From Catajapyx aquilonaris (Eukaryota), in assembly GCA_000934665.2 (NCBI GenBank), contig KZ538812.1, forward strand, positions 1 to 46,490: DNA of 46,490 nucleotides. Reading direction: 5' to 3'. Shown one piece after another: positions 21,793 through 34,900 of this stretch. The number at the start of each line of letters is the position of its first letter. Positions within the stretch are counted from its first letter, which is position 1. A model generated the notes under the pieces. That model saw nothing but the letters and a program-made list of their open reading frames with translations. It was not told the origin of the DNA and did no database searches. The translations under genes were made by a program, and so were the position numbers.

Positions 21793-24700
21793 TTATTTTT
21801 CCTCTTCAAGATCATTGGTTACTTCCTTCATTTCTTGGATTTGCTGCAATGCTTCAGCCACTTCAGACCTGATTCTTGCTATTTCGCACTTCATGCTGGC
21901 TTCCAGTTCAACAGAGTGGCGGTCGTTTTTCTCAGGGTTTAACTTGTTCAGATGATGAATCTCGGATTCGAAGTCCTTCAGGGTTGATTCAAGCTGAATC
22001 ACCATTTTATCCAGCTCTGAATCCTGCTGGTCACTGGCGGAATCTCGGTGAGGCAGTTTGGACTTGATCAACTGCAGCTTTGATTCGTATTGCCTGTAAG
22101 GATTGTTGGTGTTAGAGAGCATTGTTGTCACAAAAAGGCAGTGAACTTGCCCAATTAGACGTCGCAGTTCTTGGATTCTGTCCTTTGTTTGTTCCTCCAG
22201 TTCTTTATCTATGGTGCTGATTTTCATAGACATCAGCTCTGCAATTGACAGTTACAGTTAACTGATGTATTTATGCTGCAAAGATGTAATAGCCCAACTA
22301 TTACAATACCATGTTTGAGAGCTGCGATTTCAGCATCCTTATCCTGCATGAGACAATTCGTCACATTCTTCTGCTTCTGCAAGATGAAACAATTGAGTTA
22401 ACTTGACCAACGTGTAAATTACAGGAAAACATTACCCGCATGTGGAAAATGTCTCTCTTCGCACGCATCAGCTTTGTCCTTATCTGAAATCAGAAACAGA
22501 TCAATTTGGTGACAAAACGTGCTGTTTTGATATCCTTACTTTCTCGAAGCCTTTGTTACTCCGACGTATAGAAGCCATCTCCTTTTCTGTCATCTCCAGC
22601 TTCTCATTGGCCTCCTTCATCCCAGAAGCAAATCGCTCCTTGTCCAGTTCAACTGTGTGGCATTCGAATTCAACATTTTCCAGTATCCTGTTTGCTTCCT
22701 GGAGTGAGCCTTTCAGTTCTTGGAGTTCGGCATCCTCTTCGACCACTGTGATGTCCTCTACCTGGCTGGTCTGTGTGGATTACAATGATTAATTGCAATG
22801 CCAGAAGTGTGGTGCACTGGGCATACCTGAGTCTTGAGCTTGCTTCTGCGCAGCCGTCTCCTCATGGCACGTCTCCTCTTGTCGTTGACCGATTCTCTTG
22901 CCTTGGCTTGTTCCAGCTCAGCCGCCTGTATGGACAGCTGGTTCTTCAGATCGTGTATGGTGTCCTCCTTGTCCACAATCGCTTGTTGCAGTCCTACAAT
23001 CAGGTCCGTTGATTCGCACAGCTCTTCGTCAAAGTCAATGCAAACTTCCTGTAGTCCTTGCTGGATTCTACGCAGCTTCTGCAATATCAATGATATTACA
23101 GCTAAGGATAGTAGAAATCACAAGTTGCACCGTACCGTGATCTCTTCGTCTTTTTTCAAAATGTCTGTCCCGGCGGACTCTTGTGGCATCTCTTGTGGTA
23201 CACTCGTGCTGTCTGTCATCAACTTGTGAAGGTCGTCGTTCAGCTTCTGGAGGTGAGACACCTGCGACTCCATCACAGCTGTTGTTTCCTTCTGCTGGAC
23301 TGACTTGACCTCCAGATTCTTCAGCTCTGATTGGCATTCCTCCAGAGCTTTGGTGAGGTCTTGAACTTCCTTCTCTTTGGCCTGAAAAATAATCTGGTAA
23401 TTCGTGATCGTGTGTTAGTCACACCCAGGACTTACCTGGAATTTCATCACTTCTTCGTCATACACTGTCCTTGGCACAAAATTCTCGGATTTGTCATGGC
23501 GTCGCATCCTCCTTCGTTCTTTCTCCAAGCAGTTGTTCAGGACTCTGATCCTGGACTCGGCCAAATCCTCATTCAAACGGACAGCCTCTTGCAACTTCTC
23601 TCTGCGCACATAAATGTGTTCTCCTTAGCAGTCCCATTTGGACTTATGTGACCAACTTACCGCCACGAACTCTCGCACTTGTTGAAGTACTGGTCAAACT
23701 CATTGACCAGTTCGTTCCTCAGCTTCATTTCCAACTCGCGCTTCTCATGCCTCTCTTTTATGATCATATCCTGCAGCTCCTTCACGTAATTCTCGTAATC
23801 CTCTCCTGGTTCGTTATCCTCTTGAAGGAATGAGTCTGAAACATGTTTTCCAGAAGCACGTAATGGTGCGGAGTCAAATGTGTAAAACACTACTCACCGA
23901 GAGAGGTGTCGGACACTTTGGACTGGTGTGCCCACTGGACGCTACCTCTGGCCTCGTTGACCTCGTGCAAGATCTGGCTGAGTCGACACGACCTCTTCCT
24001 CTTTCTCTCCTGCTGCTTCTGCGAATAGGAAGTGACCACCTCTTTGGCCACTGCTGAAAACTTGAGCACGCTCAGAGACTCCTCATACAGGCCAGGGGAC
24101 TGGCTCAGGTTGACGATCATTGTCACCCTGCCGCCCACGAAGAAGTTCTGGAAGAGCCTGGTCAGCTTTGAATCTCGGAACGGAACCAACGACTTCAGGG
24201 CCTTCTGAGAAGCCTGCGTCCTGTCAATGACATAGATCCAACTTTTAGATCCGTTTTTTTTCACGTTTCGCACGTTCAGTACCTGAGTGCACTTATGCAC
24301 CGTCCGAGCACCATCAGAGACGTGTTGATATTTCCAGCCTCCTTCAGGTGCAACCCAACATTTCCGGTTTTGCCCACACGCTCCATTCCCGCCAGGTCGC
24401 AGAAGGATAACCTGAAACAATCCGCCGAATTCAGATACATTCTCATTACTAATATTGCGAATATGTTCCGTACTCACACGCTGACTCTTGTGTTTCGTCC
24501 TTTGGTCCTGGTCAGCTTGATGGTGAAGATGCAGTGAGACCGACTGGACTTTCTGTTCAGCTTGGTGGCTGCAAAGTGCAGGTTGGCCGTCCCTGCCTTA
24601 AGGACCTCCAGTGCTTCATCAGTCGAGGTCACATGGACTTCTGTCAGCCCCTTGATGTAGACCTTCCCTTGCTTTCCTTCGGCCAGCTTCAGTGGATGCA

Positions 24701-26607
24701 GCCTGATCTTGCCCTCGGGAAGAAGCACCAGCAGGTCGTAGATGTTCTCGGTGTAGATCTCGGCGAAAGACACCCAGGCTGAGAAAACCACGTCCTTTTC
24801 CTTCTCCCAGCTCAACTTGGGTGCAAGAAGCTTCTTCTTCATTGTGGAAGGGCATCTGGTACTATCATCCAAGCCTCCTGAAAGAGGATAGAGACAATGA
24901 TGGAAGCGCAAGATCGACCTGTCCACTCTTAGAACCGGAGAGTCTAACCTTCAGCAAACCTTGACAAGTTATCCAACTCGACACTTGATGAGGTGTATAA
25001 GTCGCTACCAGTGTCAGAAGCGCTAGTGATCGCCTTGTCCTGAAAACGGGTAATATTTATTAATTTAATTTGAGGCTGTGCGCCTGTGCTACAATGCACA
25101 TTGTAGTTGATGTTGTTGCAAGTAATCTATGGACTAACATCCTTTTTAGTTGCACGTTCGTACAGAGTTCGTCTCATCTGACGAACAGTCTTTTTGGTCA
25201 GATCCTCCTTCACACGCTGCTCCTCGCTGAGTTCCACTGCACTGGCAAAGTTCAGAGGCTTCCATTTTGGTGACTCTGACATCTGGTTCTGGATGTGGCT
25301 GAAGATCAAATCCAAAGTTCTTGGAAGAACACCACCATCGCAGGGTGAACCTAATATGAAAAAAGTCAGCTGAACCCTCGTTTTGAACACCCACTGTTAC
25401 CTTGAATGGTGTGAGTCTTTCCAGCGTTGGTCGTTCCATACGAAAACACGAGGTGATTATGTCCATTAACAAACATTTGGACACAACTCAACACACTCCC
25501 TTCAAACACCTCCTCCTGGGTCGCATCCGAGTCGAATATCCTCGTGAAAGTGAACCTTTATAAAATATAAAATATTATATATTAGCCTATATATTTATTA
25601 AATATGCGGTTTCAGCTAAAACAGGGAGCATATCGTCGCTGTGGAGTCAAAACCACGTAACTCGAATAATACTAATTTTTCAGGAGAGCAAAAAAACTAA
25701 ATACAAAAATGACACTTGCATTGAGATTTAATTGCTTCACCTGGCCATATCTTCGCTCCTATTGGGCAGAAAATTACGCCGTTTTGATGGGCAGATGCAG
25801 CGCAAAATCCCTGATTTTCAGGATCAAAAACCCGAAATCGGCCGAAAAGCGAGTTACGCGGTTTTGACTCCACAGCGACGATATACTACATAAGAGGCGC
25901 AAACTTCTGTCGGCGCCTTTGATGTTCGCGTCTCTCTGTTTGGGGCCGTTCCCAAGGCTGGCGGCCATTTTGAAGTGTGGGGAACGCCAACGAGGTATAA
26001 ATAGGGTACAGGCAAAAATAGGGTCCGCCATCTTTGATGGTTTTGGCGGCCATGGCAACTACACGGCAAGAACACGCGCGAATCAAAGATGGCGGACGCT
26101 ATTTTTGCCTGTACCCTAATTATACCTCGTTGGCGTTGCCCACACTTCAAAATGGCCGCCAGCCTTGGCAATGCCCTAAACAGAGAGACGCGGAAATCGA
26201 ATGTTTGCGTCTCTTATGTAGTAGTATGCTCCCTGGCTAAAGTGTCATCTCATGTTATAAAGTTGCCATGACAATAACGTGCGTCCTACTTTAAAAAATC
26301 ATGACCCCAAGCCCTTTTCAAAAATGCGCACTCACTTGTGGCTGTACTGCGCCTGTACCGGCTTCGAAAGCAGGTCCGGTGCCGTCATCAGCAGGCTATT
26401 TCCATCCACCATCTGACAAATGGGCGTCTCCGAACGTCCATCATCTGGCTTCAGCCTCAGAAAAATACTAATATGCTGCTTGTTAGCCTCACCCTGTGGT
26501 TCTCCAGCTCCAAACTCCAGCGCCCTCTTGGCCCTGCCCTTTGGCTGGCCCTTGGGTCTTGGAGAGGGTTCATCCGGATCCAAATAGGACGGACGTATTT
26601 TCACCAT
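21793..26607 (-). CDS. KIF20A: Kinesin-6 motor, KIF20A/B (MKLP2/subito)-like, with coiled-coil tail
   Basis: Motor exons 26607-26336, 25555-25401, 25350-25139, 25039-24949, 24877-24478, 24411-24283, 24220-23898, then coiled-coil exons to 21793. Motifs: P-loop YGTTNAGKTHT, kinesin-6-type long insertion after GVLPRTLDLIF, WVSFAEIY, NRKSSRSHCIF, DLAGMER, LKEAGNINTSLMVLGRCI, VPFRDSKLTRLFQ. KIF20A versus KIF20B cannot be resolved. Confidence 0.88.
25622..26235. mobile_element. Long-TIR MITE (CAGGGAGCATA ends) interrupted by a second MITE
   Basis: Removing the nested insert gives cagggagcata-tactacataagaggcgcaaac, matching the reverse complement of gtttgcgtctcttatgtagtagtatgctccctg. Arms ~25884-26038 and ~26082-26235. 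Flanks are gctaaaa and gctaaag. Confidence 0.85.
25633..25881. mobile_element. TA-flanked MITE (Tc1/mariner-type TSD), nested
   Basis: TA|TCGTCGCTGTGGAGTCAAAACCACGTAACTCG ... CGAGTTACGCGGTTTTGACTCCACAGCGACGA|TA. Confidence 0.85.
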
Positions 26608-26816
26608 CGTTGTCTGACTAAAATTCGAATATGATTTTCGAGCCCGTCCTCTATAGCAACACGGGTTGCCAGACCAATGTGCAGGCGGGCATTTCGGCTG
26701 AATCTGGCCACCCTGCGTGACGCACCTGGGCAAGATGGCAGCCGAGTGAAGCGTTCCAATTGTTCCTGTTCGCGCCTGTTTTTACCGCAGTAGACTTCTG
26801 GAACGTACAGACAGCT
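26608..26816. promoter_or_regulatory. Bidirectional promoter between the kinesin-6 gene and SSRP1
   Basis: Only 209 bp separate the divergent ATGs. The region is CpG-rich and has a YY1/Pho-like CAAGATGGCAGC at 26731. Confidence 0.65.
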
Positions 26817-29800
26817 ATGGACTTCCTCGAGTTTTCAGATGTGACGATGGAGATACGAGGAGCTATGGTATGTACCATATGTACGTTAGACTGGCATGCA
26901 TTATCATACCTGTACTTTATTGCAGAGCCCTGGTCGGCTGAAGTTGACTGACCAGCAGATAATCTTCAAGAACAGCAAGACTGGGAAGGTGGAGCAGATT
27001 AATGCGACGGAGATAGAGCTGGCCAACTGGCAGCGGCTGGCTGGTGGGTGGGGATTGCGCTTGTTTCTGAAGAGTGGGACGCTCCATCGGTATGGGAATC
27101 TGAAGGAGACGGATCAGGAGAAGTTGGCCAAGTTTTTTACGCAGCATTATGGGACTGACTTGCTCGAAAGGGAGCTGGCTATGAAGGGTTGGAATTGGGG
27201 TACGGCAGAGTTTAATGGATCGCTGCTGTCTTTTGATGTGGGGAAGTTGACTGCGTTTGAGGTGCCGCTTAATAATGTCTCGCAGTGTATGACGGGGAAG
27301 AATGAGGTCACTCTGGAATGTCATCAGGTGAGTTGCGCTAGTCAGCAACGGATTAAATGTGGTATTGACTGCCTTTTTGTTGCAGAACGACGATGCGCCA
27401 GTGAGCCTGATGGAAATGCGATTCCACATTCCATCGAGCGAACTGGCTGGTGACGATCCGGTTGAGGCCTTCCACCAGCAGGTGATGCAGAAGGCCAGCG
27501 TGATCAGCGCCACGGGTGATGCCATTGCCATCTTCAGGGAGGTGCAGTGCCTCACACCCAGAGGACGATATGACATCAAGGTGTTCCAGACCTTCTTCCA
27601 GCTTCACGGAAAGACCTTCGACTACAAGATCCCCATGTCCACCGTGCTTCGCTTGTTCCTTCTGCCACACAAGGATGGACGCCAGACCTTCTTTGTCGTC
27701 TCGCTGGACCCACCCATCAAGCAAGGGCAGACTCGCTACCATTTTCTGGTGTTCCTCTTCGGGCAGGAGGAAGAAGTCTCGATTGAACTGCCCATGTCTG
27801 AGTGAGTGTCATAACTAGTGTTTAGAACTGTGGGAAATATGCAATTAACCATTCTCCTAACCTTAGGGAGGAGCTGAAGACCAAATACGAAGGCCGTCTG
27901 ACGAAGGAGTTGTCTGGACCCATGTATGATGTCATTGGCAAAATAATGAAGGTGCTGGTGAACCGCAAGATCACTGGACCAGGGCAGTTTGTTGGTCACT
28001 CTGGCACCCCAGCAATTGGCTGCTCCTACAAGGCTGCTGCGGGTTACATGTATCCCCTTGAGCGTGGCTTCATCTATGTGCACAAGCCCCCAATTCACTT
28101 GCGCTTTGAGGAGATTAGCAATGTCAACTTTGCCCGTAGTGGTGGGAGCACCCGTTCTTTTGACTTTGAGGTGGAGACCAAAAGTGGTGTGGTTCACACA
28201 TTCAGCAGTATTGAGAAAGAGGAATATGGGAAGCTCTTTGACTTCATCAGTGGCAAGAAGCTACGAGTGAAGAATCGTGGCAAAGCAGACAAGCCTTCTT
28301 ATGCTGCAGACGAGTTTGGGGACAGTGACCGTGAGGATGAGCCAGACGCTTACCTGGCCAGAGTTAAGAGGGAAGCAGAGGAGAGGGAGGAGGATGAAGG
28401 GCATGGCGGTGGCGGTGGCATGGGAGCAGAGTCCGATGACGATGAAAGTGAAGATGAGGATTTCAAGCCCACCGAAGAGCAGAGTGACGTGGCCGAAGAG
28501 TTTGACTCTAATGCAAGCTCTAGTTCTGACGATGACGATGACGAGAGTGGAAGCGAAGCAGAAAAGAAGAAGAAGAAGAAGGCAAAGAGCAAGCCTAAGA
28601 AAGCTAAGACTGTTGTAAGTAAATCTTCTGCTTATTGTCCTGAGCCTTGAGCCAGCCGTAACTTTTGCTAGATGTGACGGATGTAGTTGGGTGATAAATC
28701 TTCAGCTCATCCCCATCCACACCTTCCCATCATTTTGTTTTGACCAGTCTTGTGGTCTGTTGTGATTACTGACTAATTGATGGTTGCTCTTCCCATATGT
28801 AGTGCTGTTGCCTATCACCAGGTATTACCCTTTCACCATCATCAGTGCAGCGGCACCATGACCTCACCTGCCACTTCCGCTACCACCTTCGTCACTACCA
28901 CCCCCGTCACCACCATTCTTACCAACTACGCCACCACCATTGCTATCACACCAGTGACCCACCATCCTCCCCTGCCACTACATCCACTGAAGAAGTCAGT
29001 CATATGCCTAGATGCTTTCCATGGGATTGTTCTATAAGCTGCCCTGCCCACGCATATAGCTTGCTGCAGCACTTATGCTTGAAAGTACACTGTACTCCCG
29101 ATTATCCGGGTGCAGATTATCCGTGCATCGCCAAAAAATAAAATTTTAAATTTAAATCAGAAAAGAAATGTGTCGAATTTTCGTCCCACTGTTAGATATT
29201 GCTAACTTAACAGCACCCGTGTTGGCACTGGCAGTGGGTGAAATCTAACCCACTGGCAATATGTCTCGCCAATGAAGAAATACATCATACTTTTTTTAGA
29301 AGACAAAGTATAAATCTATGATAAGTTTTATTATTTTGATTCAGCCATACTATCTACACTGTAGTACATATGTACATTAAAAACCTGTGAAAAGCTATTT
29401 TTTTCACGGTTTATAGGACAATTTTCTAATTATTATCCTTGTATTCCGATTATCCGTCAACATCCATGCAGTCATTAACCTGGATGATTGGGAGTACAGT
29501 GTACTGGTACTTGTTTGTGAATTGTGGGCAGGTTTTGGGTATGTGACTTCATTATCCGGCCTGCAACACATGGTAATGTTGTCTTGCACGTACATTTCAG
29601 TCTGAGAAGCCACGTAAGCGCCGCCAGAAGAAGGAGCGTGATGAGAACCAGCCAAAGCGCCCACAGTCTGCATACATGATTTGGTTGAATGAGAGCAGGG
29701 ATTCAATGAAGGCAGAGTTCCCTGGAATCTCCATCACTGACCTGTCCAAGAAGGCTGGAGAGAAGTGGCGTGAGCTTAAGGACAAGTCGGTAAGAAGCAT

Positions 29801-30882
29801 TTGGAGCCTCTGCCTGACGAAAGTCAAACACAACGGTGATGGTGACATCCGATATTGCATTTGACTACAAGATCGAGTCAAAAAATTAATGCGGTTAATG
29901 AAGTTGAGGACACTTGGATTTTAAAATTGTAGTGATTATTATCACCGGATATCACCAAGAGGTAGTAGCAGCCCCCGCAACCAGCCTAGCCCTATGTGAT
30001 GGTAGTTTCATTAGAGAGTCCTCGCCAGCCTGTAATTTGGCGCTGGTGCAGCCCCACAGGGATCATATGATTCAGGTGGCTGACTGGCGATCTGTGAATG
30101 CCCTCTGGACCCAGCTGCAGTGGAAAGAATGGTTTGGGTTGGTTCAGGCATGCTCCTGAATCGCAAGATCCATGTGGGGCCACGCCAGTGCCAAAATGGA
30201 GACTCTCTAATTGCACTACCGTATCGTGGGAGTTGCAGGGGCTGGGCAGCAGTGACTGTGCACATTGGTAGTCAGCTTCTTTTATCAGAGGAATTATTAA
30301 GGAAGTGTTAGATTGAGCTGATTCCAGCCTCCCACTCATGCAATATGCATTCTGTGCAGGAATGGGAGAGGAAAGCAGCCAAGGCAAAGGAGGAATATGA
30401 AAAGGCCATGAAGGAGTACAAGGCTTCAGGTGGTGGCGGAGGAGGTGGTGGTGGAGGAAAGAAGAAGGGTGGGGAGAAGAAGAAGAGCGTCGCAACCCCA
30501 GCAAAGTTGAGCCCAAGCAAGCTGGGAGCAGGGGCTGGGTATAAGAGCAAGGAGTATATCTCAAGTGACTCGGCCTCGTCTTCTGAGGAGGACAAGAAGA
30601 AGCCAAAGAAGCCTGTCAAGAAGGAGGCTCCAAAGAAGGGTAGTGTTAAGAAAGAAAAGGTTTGTAGCAAATAATCATAGGTCAAGGAAGTAGTGGTTGA
30701 ATACCTTTGCGTTGTGCAGCATAAGCTGTGCGACTGCTTGGGCCAGGCAACTCAAATGAAAATGGTGGTAACTTTTAAGTAATTGAATTACAATTTTATA
30801 ATGATAATTTACTTTACAGGTTTCTGAGGAGGAGGCCGACACACCTGATACCAGTTCACATTCCGGGTCAGACAGTGACTAA
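26817..30882 (+). CDS. SSRP1: FACT complex subunit SSRP1
   Basis: Exons 26817-26867, 26926-27327, 27386-27801, 27867-28614, 29601-29789, 30360-30659, 30820-30882. Motifs KGWNWG, CLTPRGRYDIKVF, LDPPIKQGQTRYHFL, YPLERGFIYVHKPP, acidic tract, HMG box (PKRPQSAYMIWLNESR...AGEKWRELKDKSEWERKA), YKSKEYISSD. AATAAA at ~30935. Confidence 0.98.
29088..29501. mobile_element. TA-flanked pogo/Tc1-like MITE (414 bp) in an SSRP1 intron
   Basis: TA|CACTGTACTCCCGATTATCCGGG ... CCTGGATGATTGGGAGTACAGTG|TA, with subterminal gattatccg repeats. Contains a fragment of the 7746-type MITE. Confidence 0.75.
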
Positions 30883-31906
30883 TGTTTTGTGTTGTTCATT
30901 GAGTGTTCTGTCACTTTTGCTGTTTTCCTTTCGTAATAAAAGTTGTTCACCCCAACTAGTAAATTAAAGGAGGTATCAACTTCTGGTAACCGGTGGACAG
31001 TGACAGGAGACAACCAGCTAAAATTAACGAAAACCATATTTTAGGAGCAGTGAGGACTCACATGTAGTGGATCCATGCTCACTTTGCAGAAGTATGGCCT
31101 CTGTCTTTATGCCTGCCAAACATGTATGCTACGGTACATAATTTTTCAGTCAAACATTCGTAACTTTTCACTCTGGGAATGTCCTTTAGGGGTGTCACCA
31201 TAAGTTTCCTATTGGGCCCTTATCACTGGTATTTGGATGATTTGAGTTGGAACAAAATCCCACCCCTGCATCATAATCAGCAAGGTGGAGGCTGCGGAAT
31301 GGGCAGCGCTTATCAGGATAGCACCGACAAGAGTCGTTTCCCTTCTTCTCTACCATTCTAGGCGCAATCACATTTATTCAATTGCTCCTACATTTTGTGC
31401 TTGATTATACCTATTGTACTAAGCGTAGTGGCACTTCTATACCCTGCCAGAGGGCAGGACAAGGAAGTATGACTAGGTTATCAATATGGCCAGAAATGAC
31501 TGGAGTAATAATATGAATTAGGGCCTGTTGCATAATTTAGGATAAATTCAGAACTAAGCAATTATTCTATTTCAATACCATTCATGACATGTTCTGGAGT
31601 CACCATTGACACACAACCAGACCATATCTGGAAATCTCGCCATTTCCCAATCTGTTGATTTTGCATAGCATGGCAAAATAATTAAGATTTAACATCAGTG
31701 CTTTTAAATGGTAAGGATGATAGTGAATGTGTATGACTGAACTGGGTAGGCTTAGTTGAATTATCCAGGAAATTTCCTGTAATGACTGCAGGTGCATTGT
31801 TTGAGTCCATAAATAGGACCTAGGATCAACAAAAGGGGAATCCAATGTTAGTGGTGTTGCTCCGGAAACCGACTTCAAATAGACTCACACCTCTATTTAG
31901 GAAAAG

Positions 31907-34900
31907 ATGGAAGCAAAATTTTTAGTGGGAAGCCAACCTGGTGATTACCCCCCTCCATACAAACCATGTAATGACAAAACCGAGTACAGGTACAGTCTTC
32001 TTCACTCAAGAAATGTGTATCTGCATTGGTCAGGAAAAAAGTTGTCTCTAGCCTCATTGTAATTGCAGTTGTCTGACATGATTATGCGGTACATTTCCTG
32101 GCCAATGCAGATCTTATGTTTGATATTAATTTTTCCTAAGTGTTTAATTTGTGTGATTAACTGCAGGAACATCGTTCTGCCCTCGGGAATGGCCGTCTCT
32201 TTGCAGAAGACTGGTGGGAAGCAGGTCATAACAATGTATAAAAGCTTATTTATTTAGGTGTTGAATGTTAATTTTTCTCCTCCAGGCTGTAGTGTCAGTT
32301 ACTGTTCGTGCTGGCAGTTTTTACGATCCTGAGGAATGGCCAGGTCTGGCCCACTTAGTCGAGCACATGATCTTCATGGGCAGCGCCAGTTATCCCTGGG
32401 TTGATGGACTAGACAAGTTTTTTAAAGTCAGGACAGTTTCGGAGTAAGACCATGCACCTTTCCTGTATATTGAAAACAACTCTGTCTGGATAGGTTCGTG
32501 ACGGTATGGTAAACGCAACAACAGGACATGAACTTGTTACCTACTACTTCGACGTCAATGCCAACTATCTGGATGAAGCTCTGGACCACTTGACAGATGC
32601 CCTCTTGAGGCCCATGTTTCACCTGGAATCTATTCAAGGAGAAATACCTGTCGTGCATCACGGTATGTATAAATCGGTAAAAATATGGATCAAAATGACT
32701 ATACTATTTATGCAGCTTCGGTAGTTCTATGTTAATTTTTGATTGCAATAATAAATGATACCCAATTTCAATGGTTGCACATTTTTAGAATTCACATTGA
32801 AGAAATCCGGCAGGCAGGCCCGATTCCTCAGGTTGCTGAGCGTGATGGGCGATCAAAACCATCCAAGAAGAATGTTCAATTTTGGTAACAAAGACTCCCT
32901 TGCTGGTGGACAGGAGATGAGGAAGACACTGATGGAATTCATGGGACACTATTATGTGGGTAGTCGGATGTCCCTGGCTGTGTCGGCTCCACAGGAGTTG
33001 ATCCTGCAGGAGAAGATGGTACTGAACGCCTTCTGCACCCTGCATGCCAAGAGTCCGAAAACATCAAGTTCACTAAGCATCGGTACCAATCTGTCACATC
33101 CTTTTGCAGACACCAAGTTTTGCAAGCTGTACCGGGTCGTGCCACTCTATGACATGGATGAGGTCAGTCATACCCAATGCACGCATTCAATGTTGGGTCA
33201 ATTTCTTGGCATTTTGCAGCTGCGTGTGAGTTGGTGCCTTCCGTCGGATCTGGAACATTTCAGGCATAAACCTCTGGCCTACATCTTGCACCTGATGAAA
33301 TATGAAGGAAGAGGAAGCCTACTTGTTTATCTACGAAACAGGTGCGCATATTAATAAGCTGCAATACCACGACGTCTCTCTGAAACTCTGACTTGACACA
33401 GATTTCTGGCATATGACCTAGACTGTGGCATCTCTGAATTCACATCCTGTTACTCAATCCTGACTGTGTCCATACACCTGACAAAACTGGGATTTTCCAA
33501 CAAGGAGCAGGTCTTGACCGCACTATTTTCCTACCTGGCTATGATTCGAAGAGACGGAGTCAAGGAGGAGATACACAAGGGGCTCCAAATAGGAGCCATG
33601 CTTAAGTTCCAGTTGGGGGACAAAGAGCCTGATCCAGTCGATGATCTTATTAAGAGATCAACAAAGATGCATTACTATCCGCCTGAGTATCTATTAAGTG
33701 ATGGACTCTACGAAGAGTTTGATGCCAATGTGAGTGTTCTATGGAAAGATCATAACAAACTGACTAATGATGTGCCCTTTACATCGCAGTGCATTAAAAA
33801 ATACCTGGCACGAATGACAATGGAGACTGCAAATATTATGTATATGTCCCAGGTTTATGAAGGTACTTCTAACCTCCTGTCCGAACATTGGACTAAAGTT
33901 GAATACCAAGTTGAAGGTAAGGGTCGCCTTTGACACTATTAAGTTTATGGAGTAATAAATTATGTATTTATTGCAGATATCCCTCTGAAACTAAAGTGGA
34001 CTTTAAGCAGTGTCGAGCCTTTCCCTGAATTTTGTCCCCCACCAGAAAATATCGAGTTCTTAAGTAACAGAATAGTCAAGGTGTATGATGCAAAGAATTA
34101 TGGGCTCAAAATTGGGCAGGGAACGTGCAACTTTGGCATTGAATTTACTGATGACCTTAATGTGAACATGGCTACTGCGATGGACGTTTATGCGATTCTG
34201 CTGGAAATTAGAGTCACTCCAGATATCTGCATTGCAAGGCATGTTGGATTGGAGTGGTCCATAGACAGGAGTGAGAGAAAAATTACTTTTGCTATCTCCG
34301 GAATTTCCAATGGACTTCCAGTGAGTTATGAATGCAGATGCATTGATGCCAGTGTTTAATTAAATTCATCATTGCAGAAATTAGTTAGAGTCATGGCAAA
34401 CCATTTGCAAGAATTCCCTGCTAACGTGAGCTACGAGGAATTTTTGATGGCAAAAGATATGGTTTTAAAAATGTATCAGAGGGAATGCATGCAGCCTATG
34501 CAGATAAGCAGGTGAGCTGTGTCTTACCTACACTTTACAAACATACAGCCCAAGTTTCTCTGATTTAAGGCAGACCAGGCCAATGAAACAATTATCACTA
34601 TTGTATAATTTTGCAGGGAATTCTGCAAGAATTTACTAATTCATAACTATTTGACTCCGGTTGACAAATACCCAATTCTGCAAGGATTAACTCCAAGTGC
34701 CTTTAAGGAGCTCTGCAACAAACCCATCATGGTGAATTGTGAGTTCCAAGGCCAAATAGCTGAAAGAGCACGACGATACATGTCCGACACAATTGCACGT
34801 CGTTTCCAAAACCAGATCCAGCGAAACATTGAGGTATGGACTAACCTGGAACTTCAGCTTGATTACAGAAGGCGGTATTTTCCTAAGGGCTATTACAATC

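Noticed and set aside
25774..26271. Several overlapping ORFs with matching peptides on opposite strands
   Set aside because: They arise from the palindromic MITE inside a kinesin intron.
28777..29141. Thr- or His-rich ORFs in an SSRP1 intron
   Set aside because: Degenerate (CAC/CCA)n low-complexity tract. SSRP1 splices cleanly across it (28614>29601).
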